Shown here: piece by piece, positions 1 through 14,154 of the stretch
How positions within the stretch are numbered: position 1 is the stretch's first letter
How the letters are laid out: each line of letters begins with the position of its first letter
The notes under the pieces: generated by a model
What the model was told of the DNA's origin: nothing
What the model saw: the letters and a program-made list of their open reading frames with translations, nothing else
Database searches by the model: none
Translations under genes and position numbers: made by a program
Assembly (NCBI GenBank): GCA_951406725.2
Contig: OX597818.1
Span: 82,398,001 to 82,462,000, forward strand
Source of the DNA: Octopus vulgaris
Lineage: Eukaryota
DNA length: 64,000 nt
Reading direction: 5' to 3'

Positions 1-91
1 CATGATAGAATTATTTTAGCATTTTCTACCTTATCCAATCAGTTAAGATCAGAAGCCATGAGAGCCACTGTCTGGTATTGCATCAGAGCAT
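1..91. repeat. Terminal fragment of an interspersed repeat abutting (TTA)n; same family as 13640-14020
   Basis: gttaagatcagaagccatgagagccactgtctggtattgcatcagagcat (42-91) matches ctaagatcaaaaaccaccagagccactgcctagtactgcatcaagacatt (13971-14020); both run directly into (TTA)n. Confidence 0.7.
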
Positions 92-110
92 ATTATTATT
101 ATTAATGTTA

Positions 111-177
<67 letters not shown>

Positions 178-266
178 CATGATCATTATTATTATGGTCA
201 TTATTATTATTATTATTATTTTCATTATTATTATTATTTGATTATTATTATCATTATTACTATTAT
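91..266. repeat. (TTA)n microsatellite
   Basis: Direct reading. Confidence 0.95.
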
Positions 267-649
267 CTATAGATGTGAGAACGGAGAAGATGTTAAATGT
301 CATAATCAGATCATTTAAGAAACATATAACGTGGCTCTCTTTGCATAAGTAGATGCACCTGTGTCTTTGGTTGAATTACTTTTTACCTATTCACGCAGTC
401 ATTTAAGAACGTAAAGTATCTCTGGCGTCAGTGTCTGCCGTGTCACTATGTGTTTGTGTGTTTGCTTGTTCATTTGTGTGTGTGTGTGTGTGTGTGAGTG
501 CATGTGTGTGTGTGTGTGTGTGCATGTGTGTGTGTGTGTCCGTCCTTGTGAGAGTTAATGTCGTACGTTTACCAGAGTATATAACCGACAAGGAGTACAG
601 AGTCTCGCGAACATTTTCAGGACTGACGGTAGCTATTGTTGGAATGGTT

Positions 650-715
<66 letters not shown>

Positions 716-2784
716 AGACAACCATGTTTCTACGAACAAAATAATCAATCTTTTTAAAACTGTGAAATCGTTTAAAAAGCAAATAAAAAGCAAAACTGAA
801 AACAATTCCTTCTTAAAAATTAGAAATAATAAGAGATGATTAAAGTTTAATACATCTATCCTTTTGAAACACTACAAATATAGGAAAAAACAACGACACT
901 TGAAGATGAAGCAAGCGAACATTAATAATTCATTCCGTAGTCTACAATACTTTGAACATAGACCACCGTTAGCAATATCCAAGGCCGTATTTCTGGTTGT
1001 ACAAAGAAAATACGTGTTTCTTCCTTACGTATTAAATCTTAAATTTGAAAAAGAAAGAGATTAAGTACTCTGCATGCACTGATTTTAGTTCTTGAATCCT
1101 GGCGGGATGTGAACTCGGGGAATAAATCCTGGAATAACTAACTCTAGACATTTTGATTTTGTAGGAAGAATATAATACGATATCAATGGTATGATAATAA
1201 AGATAATTATGGTGATGATGATGATGACGACGACGACGATGATGAGAAGGAGGCAGAGGTGCAATATTCTAGAATATCGATGATGTCGGTAGTCGAGTTG
1301 AGGGTCATTTCCGATACCCTTTATTTTTTGGTAGATTTACGAATACTGTTGTTCTGATCTGTGGTTATTTGCAATTACGGTAATTTGTTTGTAGTATGAA
1401 TATTTGTGGTGTAAGTGATATCGCTCTTGACTGAACGGTAATGGTTTTGCTGGTGGGTTTGGTATGATAGTAATGCTGGTTTTAGTGCTGGCGATTGTAG
1501 TGGTCATCATGATGATAGTATTGTCGGTTGTTGTATTCAGATTTACATACAAATTAAGAAGAATACCGATGATGATGATGATGATGATGATGATGAAGGA
1601 GTGGGGATGGTGGTGGTGATAGTGGTCATGAGTGTGATAATAAAAACGATGGCCTTTTCCTTTATGTATTTTATCAAAAGAGCATCACTGAGGGAACTTT
1701 CAAAGATGGTGTACAAAACCATTCGTGACTTTACACTGTGTATGTAACACAAAACGCAGGAAGAAACATAAACGTAAAATAAGCTAAGAGTTTTCTTATG
1801 GACGAGAAAAGAACATCATAGGACCTGGATTACTTTGATGACTAATGACTATTGACAACTCCTACTTCTGATTGTTGAGTCAGCTTCATACTAATGCACC
1901 TTCGATATAACCGCTTATCTTTCAGCTCCACTTTTCTTTTCATGTGTTAATAGAAATCGTTATTTTGAAGGAAGTGGATAATTTCTGATTACATTCTTAC
2001 AAATAACGCCAAGCTCATTAAATGCTTCGTCAAAGCCATTATACGGAATAAAACTATCTATTGTTTCTTATTATTACCATGTGGTGAGGTGATCGTTGCC
2101 TCGCCCAACAACCGAATCTGTCCTTCACACGATAAATCCTGTTGGATGTAATTCTACATTTTATCATTGTTCTAGTATCGAAAGTATTGATAGAATATGG
2201 TCCGTGATAGCAGATATTCCAATCACGTAATAATGCCATAAAGCTATCTTTATATCCAACTTAATGCGTATCTTTTCTTTGGGCACAGAATACTGCCTTT
2301 TCTACCTTGAGAGGAAATCTCATAACAACGCAAGGTGCGAAAAAGCACTCATAATCATATTGTTAGAGACGAAAATTATCTGCTACAGGCGCCAGTACTG
2401 TCATATCACGTGATTTCAACCTACCGGTTTTCTTCAGTGAGAGAAGTCGGGAAGCAGCATAAGAGCCGAAATTCATTTTCAATAATATATACAATTTCAG
2501 TGTCTGTTCAGGTAATGATATCGCCTGAACAAATAGCGGACTATTCTCGTCTGCTTACGATATAGATATGAGTGTTTTTATGCAGCATATCTCCATGTGA
2601 GAAATCCTCACGCGGTAAGTGTATATGTTTGTGCGTGCGCGCATTGTGTGTGAATATGTGTGCATGTATGTATGTTACCTATTACATACATACTTACGTA
2701 CATATACACAGAAACCATAAATGCAAAATTTACTTATAGACTTCCATATGTTAGTTTAAAAAAAAATCTTTAATATATTTACAG

Positions 2785-3098
2785 TGGAGGCACATGGTCT
2801 AGTGGTTAGAGCAGCGGATTCGATGTCGAGGGATCGCGGGTTCGAATCTCAGACCGAGCGATGTGTGTGTTTATGAGCGAAACACCTAAACTCCACGCGG
2901 CTCCGGCAGAAGGTAATGGCGTACTTCTGCTGACTCTTTCACCACAACTCTCTCTCTCACTCTTTCCTCCTGCATCTTGCAGCTCACCTGCGACGAACCG
3001 GCGTACTGTCCAGGTGTGGAACCTATACGCCAAAGAAACCGGGAAACAGGCCCTAATGAGCCAGCCATGGATAGAGAAGGAGCAAACAACAACAACAG
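2785..3098 (+). mobile_element. tRNA-derived SINE
   Basis: A box (tggtctagtggttaga), B box (ggttcgaatct), central gcgacgaaccggcgtactgtccagg block and (AAC)n tail; related copy on the - strand at 42628-42911. Confidence 0.85.
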
Positions 3099-3273
3099 CA
3101 ATATATTTACAACTGTGGTTCCCTAGATGTCTAGTTTGTTATCCATATCAATTTCTTATTCTTTCTCTATGTTGCCAATTACATGTTTGCAGACATGACG
3201 ACTACTTAGATTCGAACTTTTGACTATGCAATATCCAGTAAGCTTACCTATGAGCACCTCTTTTTTAGATTTG

Positions 3274-3356
<83 letters not shown>

Positions 3357-3635
3357 CATCTATTCAATGATGTCTTTATACATCCATCAATCTAATCACA
3401 TCTATCCCCATATTAGATTCTTCTGCTGATAGCCACATATTATAGAAGTATATAGTATAACACTAAGAAGAGAACCGACTCTCACATGAACACAGACACA
3501 CCTGCACACATTCATGTACATAAAAGCATATACATGTATGTATGTATGTATGTATGTATATATATATATACATATATAGACGCATATATACATATACGTA
3601 TGTAAGTGTGTATGTGTATGTACATGTATATATAT

Positions 3636-3692
<57 letters not shown>

Positions 3693-4149
3693 TGTGTGTG
3701 CGTATGTGTGTGTTTGTATTTTCCACAGATGTATATGTAAAACTAATTTTCCTGCCTCAAGAATTGCTTGGCAATTGTAACCAAATATATACCCGCGCGC
3801 GCACACACACACACATATATATGTAGGCATATATTTATATGTAGGCATATATGTACATACATACAGTGACACGCGCACATTCACTTCACATATGTGCTTA
3901 TGTGTATGTATGTGGTTGTGTATGTCCCTCTCTGTGCACTAATCCCATGAGCAAGCAGAATTTTGAAAGCCAGGTAACAAAGAATCTGATGCAATTATAT
4001 TCTCTAAGACATCACCTTATCCTGAACATAAAGCATCTTGAGATATTTCTTTTGCTTTGTCCACTCCATCACCATGGCAACTAGATTTGGCTTCAGCATC
4101 TTTTCAATGCCACGTCCAGATAGCTACTCTCCGTTCAATGACTCACGGT

Positions 4150-4154
4150 TAATG

Positions 4155-4224
<70 letters not shown>

Positions 4225-4269
4225 TAATAATAATAATACTAATAATAATAATGAATAATAATAATAGTC

Positions 4270-4325
<56 letters not shown>

Positions 4326-4551
4326 TATAATAATAATGATAACAAAAGCAAAAATAATCCGATAATATAACATGCAACAATCACAAGAATATCAAGGGCT
4401 ACAACAAGAGCAATAGCAGCTGCAGCAACAACAACAACAACGGCTGTAACAGATGAGTTTTAGCCCAGCTTCAATATCAACAAATACTGCAACCACCATA
4501 ACATCTACAATTTTCACAAGCTGGACTAACAAATCCTGCAGCTCTTGCTGT

Positions 4552-4632
<81 letters not shown>

Positions 4633-4704
4633 GGCTACTACTACGACTACTACTACTACTGCTGCTGCTGCTGCCCACTACTACTACTACTGCTACTGCT
4701 GCTG

Positions 4705-4764
<60 letters not shown>

Positions 4765-4833
4765 ATATTACTACTACCATTACTGCTGCTGTTGCTGCTG
4801 CTGCTGCTTCTGCTCTTGCTGCCACTACTACTG

Positions 4834-4890
<57 letters not shown>

Positions 4891-4970
4891 TTACTACTAG
4901 TGTTACTACTACTACTGCTACTCCCTCAGCTCTTGCTGTCACCACTACTACTACTACTACTATTACTCCT
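4150..4970. repeat. Compound trinucleotide microsatellites (AAT)n, (CTA)n, (CTG)n
   Basis: Direct reading; explains the poly-I/L/T/Y ORFs. Confidence 0.95.
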
Positions 4971-5379
4971 GTTGCAATAGCTAGAACATCAGCAGCAGGA
5001 ATAGTAGTAGCGGGAAACAGCAGAAATATCTAGCAACTGTGACATACTATAAGGGAACAAAATCAACGGCAATAACAAGAAGAAGAATACAAATGTTAAA
5101 ATGACCACAACAATAACTGCGAAGAACATTAGGAACAAGAACTAAAAAATAAAAAAAAAACTGCAAACACCTAGAAGTAACAAGAACAAAAAATAGCGAA
5201 AAAAAAAACTGCAAACTCGAAGTAAGGAACGGTAAAAGTAATCCCATTGAAAACAACATGAAAATCAAAGAACACGAAATCCGATGATCACAACAAGGAC
5301 GACGCAGGCAGTGATACAAACAGCAACAGAAACAATTATTACATGCAAAAGTCTATAACAAACACAATGATCATTTTCA

Positions 5380-5775
5380 GTGGCGAGCTGGCAGAAACGT
5401 CAGCACACCGGGCGAAATGCTTAGAGCTATTTCGTTTGCCGCTACGTTCTGAGTTCAAAATCAGCCGAGGTCAACTTTGCCTTTCATCCTTTCAGGGTCG
5501 ATTAAATAAGTACCAGTTACGCACTGGGGTCGATATAATCGACTCAATCCGTTTGTCTGTCCTTGTTTGTCCTCTCTGTGTTTAGCCCCTTGTGGTTAGT
5601 AAAGAAATAGGTATTTCGTCTGTCTTTACATTCTGAGTTGAAATTCCGCCGAGGTCGACTTTGACTTTCATTCTTTCGGGGTCGATAAATTAAGTACCAG
5701 TTGTCTACTGGGGTCGATGTAATCTACTAGCCTTTTCCTCCAAAATTTCGGGCTTTGTGCTTACTGTAGGAAAGA
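5380..5775 (+). mobile_element. SINE with tandemly duplicated central domain
   Basis: ctgagttcaaa..gccgaggtc(a/g)actttg(c/a)ctttcat(c/t)ctttc(a/g)gggtcga..aagtaccagtt..actggggtcgat occurs twice (~5448-5545 and ~5633-5730); head ggcgagctggcagaaacgt. Decayed relative at 40285-40610. Confidence 0.75.
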
Positions 5776-5904
5776 ATAATCGTCATTTTCATCACCACCA
5801 TCGCAGAATTCTTGGCCTGCTAGAAATAGCACCCAAATCAATAGAGTGAAGTAACAATGGAGTGATAGTAAATGTATCATTTACAAGGAAGTATTAATGC
5901 ATGT

Positions 5905-6800
5905 ATATGTTGATTATGATGCTGATGTTCATGATGACATGGACGACAACGATGATGATGATTATGATAAAAATAATAATGATAATGATGTTGATGAGGT
6001 TTGCACGATCGTCATGGTGAAAGATTGAAGATGAGGATTATGTGCCTGGTGATGATGATTATGTCGATGATGATGATGTTGATGACAAGGTTGACGACAA
6101 CGACGACGGCGATGATGGAGGTGATAAAAATCATAAGGATGATGATGATGATGATGATGAGGAGGAGGAGGAGGAGGAGGAGGATTATGTGACTGGTGAT
6201 GAGGGTGATGAGGGTGAAAACGATACTGTTGGCAACGATCGTCATGATGATGATTGATGATGAGGATTATGTGACTGGTGATGATAATTATGACGATGAC
6301 GATGACAGTGATGAAGATGGAGCTACTGATGATGATGATGATGCTGACAACGATGATGATAACTAAGATAGTATTAGCGATATGGTTGTGGAGAGAATTG
6401 AATAAGAGAATTATGTGCATGGTGATGATAATTATGATGACGATGATGTTGTTGAAGATGGAGCTCCTGATGCTGATGATGATAAGTACGACGACGACGA
6501 CGACGATGACGATGATGACAATGATGGTGGTTGTGGTGGTGACAGCGAAATCGATGGTGTGCACGATGATAATGCTGATTATGACGACGACGACGAAGGC
6601 GACATGGTTGATGATGACGATGATGATGACTTTGACGATGAGGATGAGGATGATGATGATGAGGAAGATGATGATAATAATGATGACGACGACAAAAAGC
6701 AACGACGATACTTATACTGATGATGATGATGACGATGACGATGACCATGATAATAATGACGACGACGACGACAACGACGATGTTGATGAAAACGACTGTC
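5905..6800. repeat. (GAT/GAC)n low-complexity region with higher-order repeated modules
   Basis: GAT/GAC runs punctuated by a recurring (g/a)attatgtg...ggtgatga module at ~6036, 6183, 6265 and 6409. Confidence 0.85.
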
Positions 6801-7146
6801 GTAAAAATAATAAGACAGAAGAGAATGTGATCCAGAAAAGATTTTATATCAATCAATCCTAACTTCCACTTGAAGTGTAAACTCATTTGACTTGATATCT
6901 CTTCACCACATTACGTTCCTAAACTACAAATCATTGCATTCTATTTCACAACACTTCGACATTTTAGCGCATATAACTACCATATTTCATTTATTTGAAG
7001 GCTACAATGCACAGAACGACACAGCATTGTACAATATTTCTACGCTTCCAGTATTTCCCCATTATACGAACGTACTATAGTGTACTAATTTGATATCTAT
7101 ATCATATTATTTGGCGCCATTTTATCCCAATAGTTCACAATATAAT

Positions 7147-7438
7147 CGCAGGCGTGGTTTTGTGGGTAAGAAGTTTGCTTCTCAGCAGGATGGTTCCGGG
7201 TTCAGTCCCACTGTATGACACCATAGGCGAGTGTATTTTGCTCTAGCCTCGGGCCGAGCAAAGCCTTCCGAGTGGATTTGGTAGACGGAAACTGAGAGGA
7301 ACTGAAAGAAACATACTTAAAAAAATATCATGTTTTTATGTTGAAATTCCAATGAAGGAGCTATAGAACTAGGTTAGAAACCAGATCTTTCTCAATTGGC
7401 AATAAATTTTGAAAAAAACTGATTAACGACATACATGC

Positions 7439-7471
<33 letters not shown>

Positions 7472-7705
7472 AGTATGTGAATGTGTGTAACTGTGAGTGC
7501 TCCCCACCCCACCGCTTGACAACCGCTGTTGGATTGTTTACGCCCCCATAAATTGGCAGTTCGGAAAAAGAAACTGACAGAATAAATCCCAAGCTAAAAA
7601 ATGAGCGAAACATATGGAATAAAGACTGGAATCGATTCCTTCCACTAAAACTCTTTTATGCAGTGTTCCAGCTTGGCCGCTGTCCAGTGATTGGAACAAA
7701 CATAA
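7147..7705 (+). mobile_element. Decayed tRNA-derived SINE of the 56507-56915 family, split by an internal microsatellite and a short insert
   Basis: Head gcaggcgtgg...ggttccgggttcagtcccactg...ggatttggtagacggaaactga (7147-7310) and tail cttgacaaccg...gttcggaaaaaga (7495-7705) align with the 56507 copy. Confidence 0.8.
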
Positions 7706-8142
7706 AACAAGAGTACTCAGAGAGCGCAAATCTCCGCCAAAGCAACACCAACGTCTTCTCAACGATTAGCTAGAGATGATTTTTAGAATGAGATTATCTG
7801 AAATAAACTCGACAGCTCTCATAAACCAGAATACTACAAATGAATCCGACCGCTCTCAAAAATAAAGCAAAGAAACATGAAAAATAATATAGAATATTGC
7901 GTTTTCGGATTTAGTTTCCGAGATTTATGACCTTTCCCTAGACACAATAGAATAATCCAGAATCTTTGTCGGGTACATGATCGGTCCCAAAATCTAATCA
8001 GTTCGTGCCAATCACGATGACAAACATCCCTAAATGTTTCATCCATCTAGCGGTTCTTGAGATATCTTGTCCGCGGACAAACAAAAAAAAAACAAACACG
8101 ACTGAAAAATAATACATCCGGCTTCGCTAACATGGAAGTAAT
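7706..8142. mobile_element. Non-autonomous Helentron/HINE (DINE-1/Pearl-like) element, putative
   Basis: Begins aacaagagtactcagagagcgcaaatctccgcc and ends with an (ACAA) tract plus decayed atacatccggcttcgctaacatggaagtaat, the subTIR/hairpin layout of HINE-type elements. Decayed. Confidence 0.45.
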
Positions 8143-8504
8143 GAATTTAATTAGAAAATATCACAGTGCTTGTTTCATACATTCGTACAAACAACGCCAT
8201 CTTATCTACGTCTATATTGCATCATTATTTATACGTTACACTGCTCATCGAACATTTCACTTAAAACGATATCATCTTTGTTCAATACAGTTTACGATCT
8301 TCTGTTGTGAGATGATACGAAGCTCTTTTATTCGAAAATTCCTAAAAACAGTGCTGTTCAAGATAGTGGCAACATGCCTCATTTGTGTGGTGCGGCAATA
8401 TTTCGGTGTTGTGTGGGGTCTAACAGAATTACTTTTATACAGTTGAATTAAACTCCCAATAAAGTCTTAAGCTTCCGTTTTTATTGTATATATAATGCTT
8501 TATT

Positions 8505-8690
8505 TTTTATTCTTTTACTTGTTACAGTCATTGAACTGAGGCCATACTGGAGCACCACCTTGAATTGTATTTGTCGAACAATTCGATCGTAGGACTTATT
8601 TTTGAACCTAGTACTTATTCTGTCGGTCGCTTTGCCGAAGTGATACGTTACGATGGGTTCACAAACACAGACAATAAGACCCACATACAT
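8505..8690 (-). mobile_element. SINE 3' half (56507 family)
   Basis: cttttacttgttacagtcattgaactgaggccatactggagcaccacc is the reverse complement of the 56860-56910 tail. Confidence 0.75.
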
Positions 8691-8726
8691 ATACATACAC
8701 ACACACACATACACACACACACACAC

Positions 8727-8777
<51 letters not shown>

Positions 8778-9310
8778 TAGTCCTCAAGCTCTCTAAGAAA
8801 AAGAAAACGTCGAGTGTTTGATGTATACAATATTTCAATCATTTAGAAATATTTTTAACTGAATGGGATTTCAAAAATGTAAGTTTTTTGTACAGTAAGT
8901 ATATATAATTTAGCTTTCTTTAAGCAGACAATATTTCAATGTATTTTTAAAAATTATTTTCAAGTGAATGGCGATCTTCCGCTTTGACTCTCAGAACTGT
9001 CTTCCGGAGTTCGTTAATTTCCTTTAAAAGTTTTTATTTATTTACTTTTGTTTTCAAGCGAAAGAGAGGAGAAAGTGAAAGATGTATGTACGTGTATATG
9101 AAATGGACGTGTGTGTGTGTGAAAAAGAGAGAAAGAGAGAGAGAGATAAAGAGAGATGGAGGAAGAGAGAGAAAGGGAGAAAGAGAGAGTTAGTAAAGTT
9201 GTGTGTTGTCATGTATACGTACATACATCAATACATGTGTATGTGTGTGTGTGTGTGAGAGAGAGAGAGAGTAAGTGAGTGAATGTGTGTGTTCTCATGT
9301 ATGTGTAAGC

Positions 9311-9345
<35 letters not shown>

Positions 9346-9369
9346 ACACACACACAAACACGTTTATTC

Positions 9370-9500
9370 TCTATCATATCTACTGACAAGGCTTTGGTCA
9401 GCCTGAGGTTATGGTTGAAGACACTTGCCCAAGGTGCCACGCTGTGAGACTGAAACTGTAACCATGTGGCTTGGAAGCAAGGTTTTTCCCACACAGCAAT
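9370..9500 (-). mobile_element. SINE 5' half (56507 family)
   Basis: gaagacacttgcccaaggtgccacgctgtgagactgaa matches the reverse complement of the head at 56560-56600. Confidence 0.75.
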
Positions 9501-9869
9501 AGAAGTAACAGAGTGACTCAAGATGCGACAGTTTCATGCGTAGGTGATTATCACTTTCAATATAAATACATACATATATATATATATATACATACGTATA
9601 CATACACACCTACAATCACACATAAACACAAATACACACACACTCACACATACACACACACACATATTCAGTAGTGCTTAGGCATAAGCGCACTTTATGT
9701 GAGTTAAATATTTTTGTGGCATATTTCAACTTCTAAAGACAAATTCACTGCAGTTAGAGTGAAGAAAAAGATTTTGCCTTACAGTAAAAGGTGTAAAAGC
9801 ACTTTAACTGTCCAATACTGCTCCTATTGGATTCCCAGACTCGCTTGTAGCTCTTTAGCCGTTACAAGT

Positions 9870-10088
9870 CTTTTTATTCTTTTATTTGTTTCAGTCATTT
9901 GACTGCGACCATGCTAGAGCACCGCCTTTTTAGTCGAGCAAATCAAACCCAGGACTTATTCTTTGTAAACCTAGTATTTATTATATCGGTCTCTCTTGCC
10001 GAACCGCTAAGTGACGGGGACGTAAACACACTAACATCGGTTCTCAAGTGATGTTGGGGGGGACAAACACAGACACACAAACATAAAC

Positions 10089-10133
<45 letters not shown>

Positions 10134-10525
10134 TATAGGGAGAGTTTACGAAAAAAAACAAAAGAAGAAGACAGGTGGTGTACAAAACAAACAGGTGCAT
10201 TAGTATAACGCTCAAGAATAGAAAAAGTCTTTTACGTTTCGAGCCTACGCCCTTGTACAGAAAGGACCACAGAAAAAACAAGAAGAGAAACAAGGAGAGA
10301 AAAAACAAGGAGAAAAACAAGGAGACATAAAAGTAGAGATAAAAGGAGAGAAAATATATATATACGACGGACTTTTTTCAGATTCCATCTACCAAATCCA
10401 CTCATAAGGTTTTTGTGGGCCCGATGCTATAGTAGAAGACAATTGCCCTTGATGCAACGCAGTGGGACTGAAAACGGAACCATGTGTTTGGGGAGCAGGC
10501 TACTTACCACACAGCCATTCCTGCG
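9870..10525 (-). mobile_element. Near full-length SINE (56507 family) with a Penelope-terminus-like insert (10137-10350) in its internal microsatellite
   Basis: Tail 9870-10080 and head 10360-10525 both align to 56507-56915 in reverse. Confidence 0.85.
10137..10350 (-). mobile_element. Short Penelope-terminus-like remnant in (TA)n with a degenerate hammerhead-like motif
   Basis: Minus strand of 10233-10260 reads CTGTACA-AGGGC-gtag-GCTC-GAAAC-GTA; flanked by (TA)n. Confidence 0.45.
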
Positions 10526-11289
10526 TAACTTCTTTTTAGACATTGTGTGCGAAAAGTGTATTGTTAGTGTTGAGTGCAAATTTAAAATTGTGGTGCGAAC
10601 TATGCGTTACTAGTGATTATATTTGCCGATCTGTCTTTGCGATTACTCTCTAGGAAAATATAGAGTCCTTTGAATACCAAATACATTTGTTGTACGTTAC
10701 ATAATCGATTCTGTAAAAGAGCCGATCTTGCAGAACCTTTAATATAAAATTTGAAGGAAAAAAAGATAATAAAGAGCTTCATCATGTAAAGCGTTAAATC
10801 AATCCCACAACAATATTTTATCAACTCATTAGTAAATTACTCGTTAAGAAATAGTAATTTAGTACATTGGCACATAAACATTAATCAATAAGGAAGAGTT
10901 ATAGTTCAATCGATTGATCTTAGTTCATCTTCGGTAATTACTTTGTTGACGTCAGTTAACGCAAAGAACAAAGTTAACACTTGTGTTTTTTTGTTTTTGT
11001 TCTGTTTTTAGACTGAACGCTTTCTGTCCATATCTGTATCGCTTCAGCTTATTCACTATCTTAATTGTTTTGAAACATCAGTGATTTGTTAGAATGACAC
11101 AAGGTCATTTGTGTATAAGGAAGGTTAGTTTTTATATGCAACGGAATCTATTTCAATATACGCGTTATATATTCTTGCGTGGAACAAAAATATTTTTTTT
11201 TAAATAGAAAATCCCAATAAAATTATCATGCTAGTTAATGCTAGCTAATTAGTTGTTGCAGTGGTTTTCTTAGAGCAGTGCCTGAGATG

Positions 11290-11735
11290 CGTTTTGTACA
11301 CACAGAGTGGTTTAGAGCGCTGGTAGCTGGTAGGTAGTCAGCAGTGAAGGGTATGGCACAATCTCCATGGTAACATGGATAACCACAGGACGTGAGGGTA
11401 GGCTCCTCATTTAAGATGCTACACGCTGTGCCATCTCCAGCGTCAACTTGGTGCGTTCAGCTGCCAAGCAGGCTTCTCTACTCGTCAGGTTCAGAAGGGC
11501 AAACTGTCGAAGCATCGGTAGCTCTGCGACAGGTTGATGGTCGATCTTGTGGCAATAGAGACCTCCGCAGTTCTCGGCTGCCGGACCATATCAATGTTCA
11601 CCGCTGTCGAGGTGGAAATGGCTATCCGCAAATGTGAGCAACAGGAGACAGAGTAACTCTTCCAGCGAATCTCTCTTGCTCTCTTCTGGAGCAACGCCAT
11701 TTCCATTTTCGTCGCTGGCACCAAGATGTGACATA
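11290..11735 (+). mobile_element. CRE-clade non-LTR retrotransposon 3' fragment (restriction-like endonuclease), decayed
   Basis: GC-richer island. Translation gives GRLLI*DAT and AIETSAVLG...ETE*LFQRISLALFWSNAISIF, resembling CRE C-terminal GR.LVWDAT and AVETLG...FLFQRLSLAIQRGNA motifs. Confidence 0.65.
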
Positions 11736-12330
11736 AATGACAAGAAATCGAGAGAATGTAAAAATTTCGTAGCTTACTACACGAACAAATAAATGTATAC
11801 AACCTCTCTTCATTACATACCTCTGTCCTTCAATCGTAACGAAGCACTTTCTTGTCGTGAAAGCGAAAAACATGATGTTATGTACTACAATAACAACCGT
11901 CAGCAAACCATCAGGTCGGTGGCTATTGCCTGGGGATTTCTCTTAACGACGGAGATTTTACTGGTTAATTTTCTGGTATAACCGTGAAGTAACATTTGCC
12001 CGCTGGGCATTGCCCGATCGTATAGTCGGGGCTTTAGTAAATATAAATCATTGCATTCCTGGTATTGCGTTTACTAAGTCAGTGTGCTTCTTCCATGTGC
12101 ATCGTGTAGCATACCAAAAATATATATGCTGTCAATTGTGTTATTTACGGTATTCATTTAACGGTGGAAAACACACATTCGCATATAATGTTTATGCATT
12201 CTATACATACTCTATGTAGTCATGTATATAATATACATGCATTCTATAAATGTTGTAAGTATGTATGTATATATGTATCTATCTATCTAGCTATCTTATC
12301 TGTGTGTCTGTGTGTCTGTGTGTCTGTCTG

Positions 12331-12363
<33 letters not shown>

Positions 12364-12380
12364 ATATATATATATATATA

Positions 12381-12461
<81 letters not shown>

Positions 12462-12851
12462 CTATCTATCAATCTATGTATCTATATATGTAAGTACACA
12501 CCACATACACACTCACACACACGCGCGCACACACATACACACACATGACTGTTGAAAGTGAGTTTCTTGTTTTTTTCAAAGCAAAGAACTATGGAACACT
12601 TACTGGTGCGGGGAAACTCAATATGCCTGCCGACTCAATTCTTATTAAATTCTTAACTGAATATACACAATACACAAACACACACACACACACCCACCCA
12701 CCCACACACACAAACACACACACACACATACATACATATGCATATGTATATATATATATATATATGTGTGTGCGTATGTGTGTGTGTATGCGTGTGCATA
12801 AATGTACCTTTATATTTATCATATTTCATATATCATATATATATATATATG

Positions 12852-12901
<50 letters not shown>

Positions 12902-13639
12902 GGTATGTAGGTATGTATATATATATATTTTTTTGTAGCATCGTTAGTACTCTGACGCTTATACGAAGAATCTGTATCTATAATGGATTTATTTCGCTAC
13001 ATAGTTTGGGATGAATGTATTTGTACGTTTTTGTGATGTTGCAGTTATTGTTGACAGTGTTGTTTTTGTTGTTTAGCCCCTGGACTGTTCTCATCAAGTA
13101 AATCTATGATCAAACGACATCCCTACTGTTCGTGCGTGCTTTTGTATAGATGTCAATTTGGCTTCTCATAGCATGACGTCTCTTCCTCAAATATATATAT
13201 ATATATATATATTGATGGTTGCTTCTGCGTGCGCACGTATGTGTATTTACGTGAACAAATATATATTTATGAATATATTGTGTGCCTGTGAGTTACTGCG
13301 TACGCATGTTCGTTTGTACGTTCACTGAGGTGATTTTGTGCCTATGCCCCTGTCTGCATAACTGTGCACCGATGTGTATTTATGTGTACGCAGTTATATA
13401 TGCATGCGCGAGTTTGACTGTATAGATATATTTATCGATTTTAAGTACATATGCGAACCTTTGTATCTTATGCATGTTTTCCTATAATTTGTGTTTACGT
13501 TTGCACCATTATATTACATTATTTATCATCACCACTACCACCACCACCTCCACCGCCACCAGCACCAGCACCACCAGCACTAGCACCAGCTGCACCATCA
13601 CCATCATCACCACCATCATCATCATTATTATTAAATTAA

Positions 13640-14017
13640 ACGAGCGGCACATGCCATTAAAGTGATTCAAGTGTACAAATATACGTTGTCAATCCCGCTC
13701 AAAAGGTCACTGAATAAAGATTGTTTAGGAATGATGAACGAAACATCAATTTTTCCAAAGGTGAATTATCCAAACCCCAAAGAATTCCATTCAACACATG
13801 GCTATGATGCTCCCGCCCCCACTACTGCTCGTGATCAGAGATGCCCATATCGTCAGCCACTAAGGGACATGCTCAACTGGTTGAGGTCAAACAACTGACA
13901 AGCAAATCCATGGTTTTGAGCAAAATATTTGCTGTAGCCCATCCTTTATAGCAAGACAAAACATGTACATCTAAGATCAAAAACCACCAGAGCCACTGCC
14001 TAGTACTGCATCAAGAC

Positions 14018-14020
<3 letters not shown>
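13640..14020. repeat. Interspersed repeat abutting (TTA)n (same family as 1-91)
   Basis: Shares its terminal ~50 bp with the window start; bounded by (TTA)n at 14020-14150. Confidence 0.65.
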
Positions 14021-14081
<61 letters not shown>

Positions 14082-14088
14082 GTTGTTG

Positions 14089-14122
<34 letters not shown>

Positions 14123-14154
14123 CATCATCATCATCATCATTATTATTATTATCA

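Noticed and set aside
2785-2860. tRNA gene-like sequences (also 33009, 52431, 56507)
   Set aside because: A/B boxes continue into SINE bodies; no complete cloverleaf with acceptor stem and terminator.
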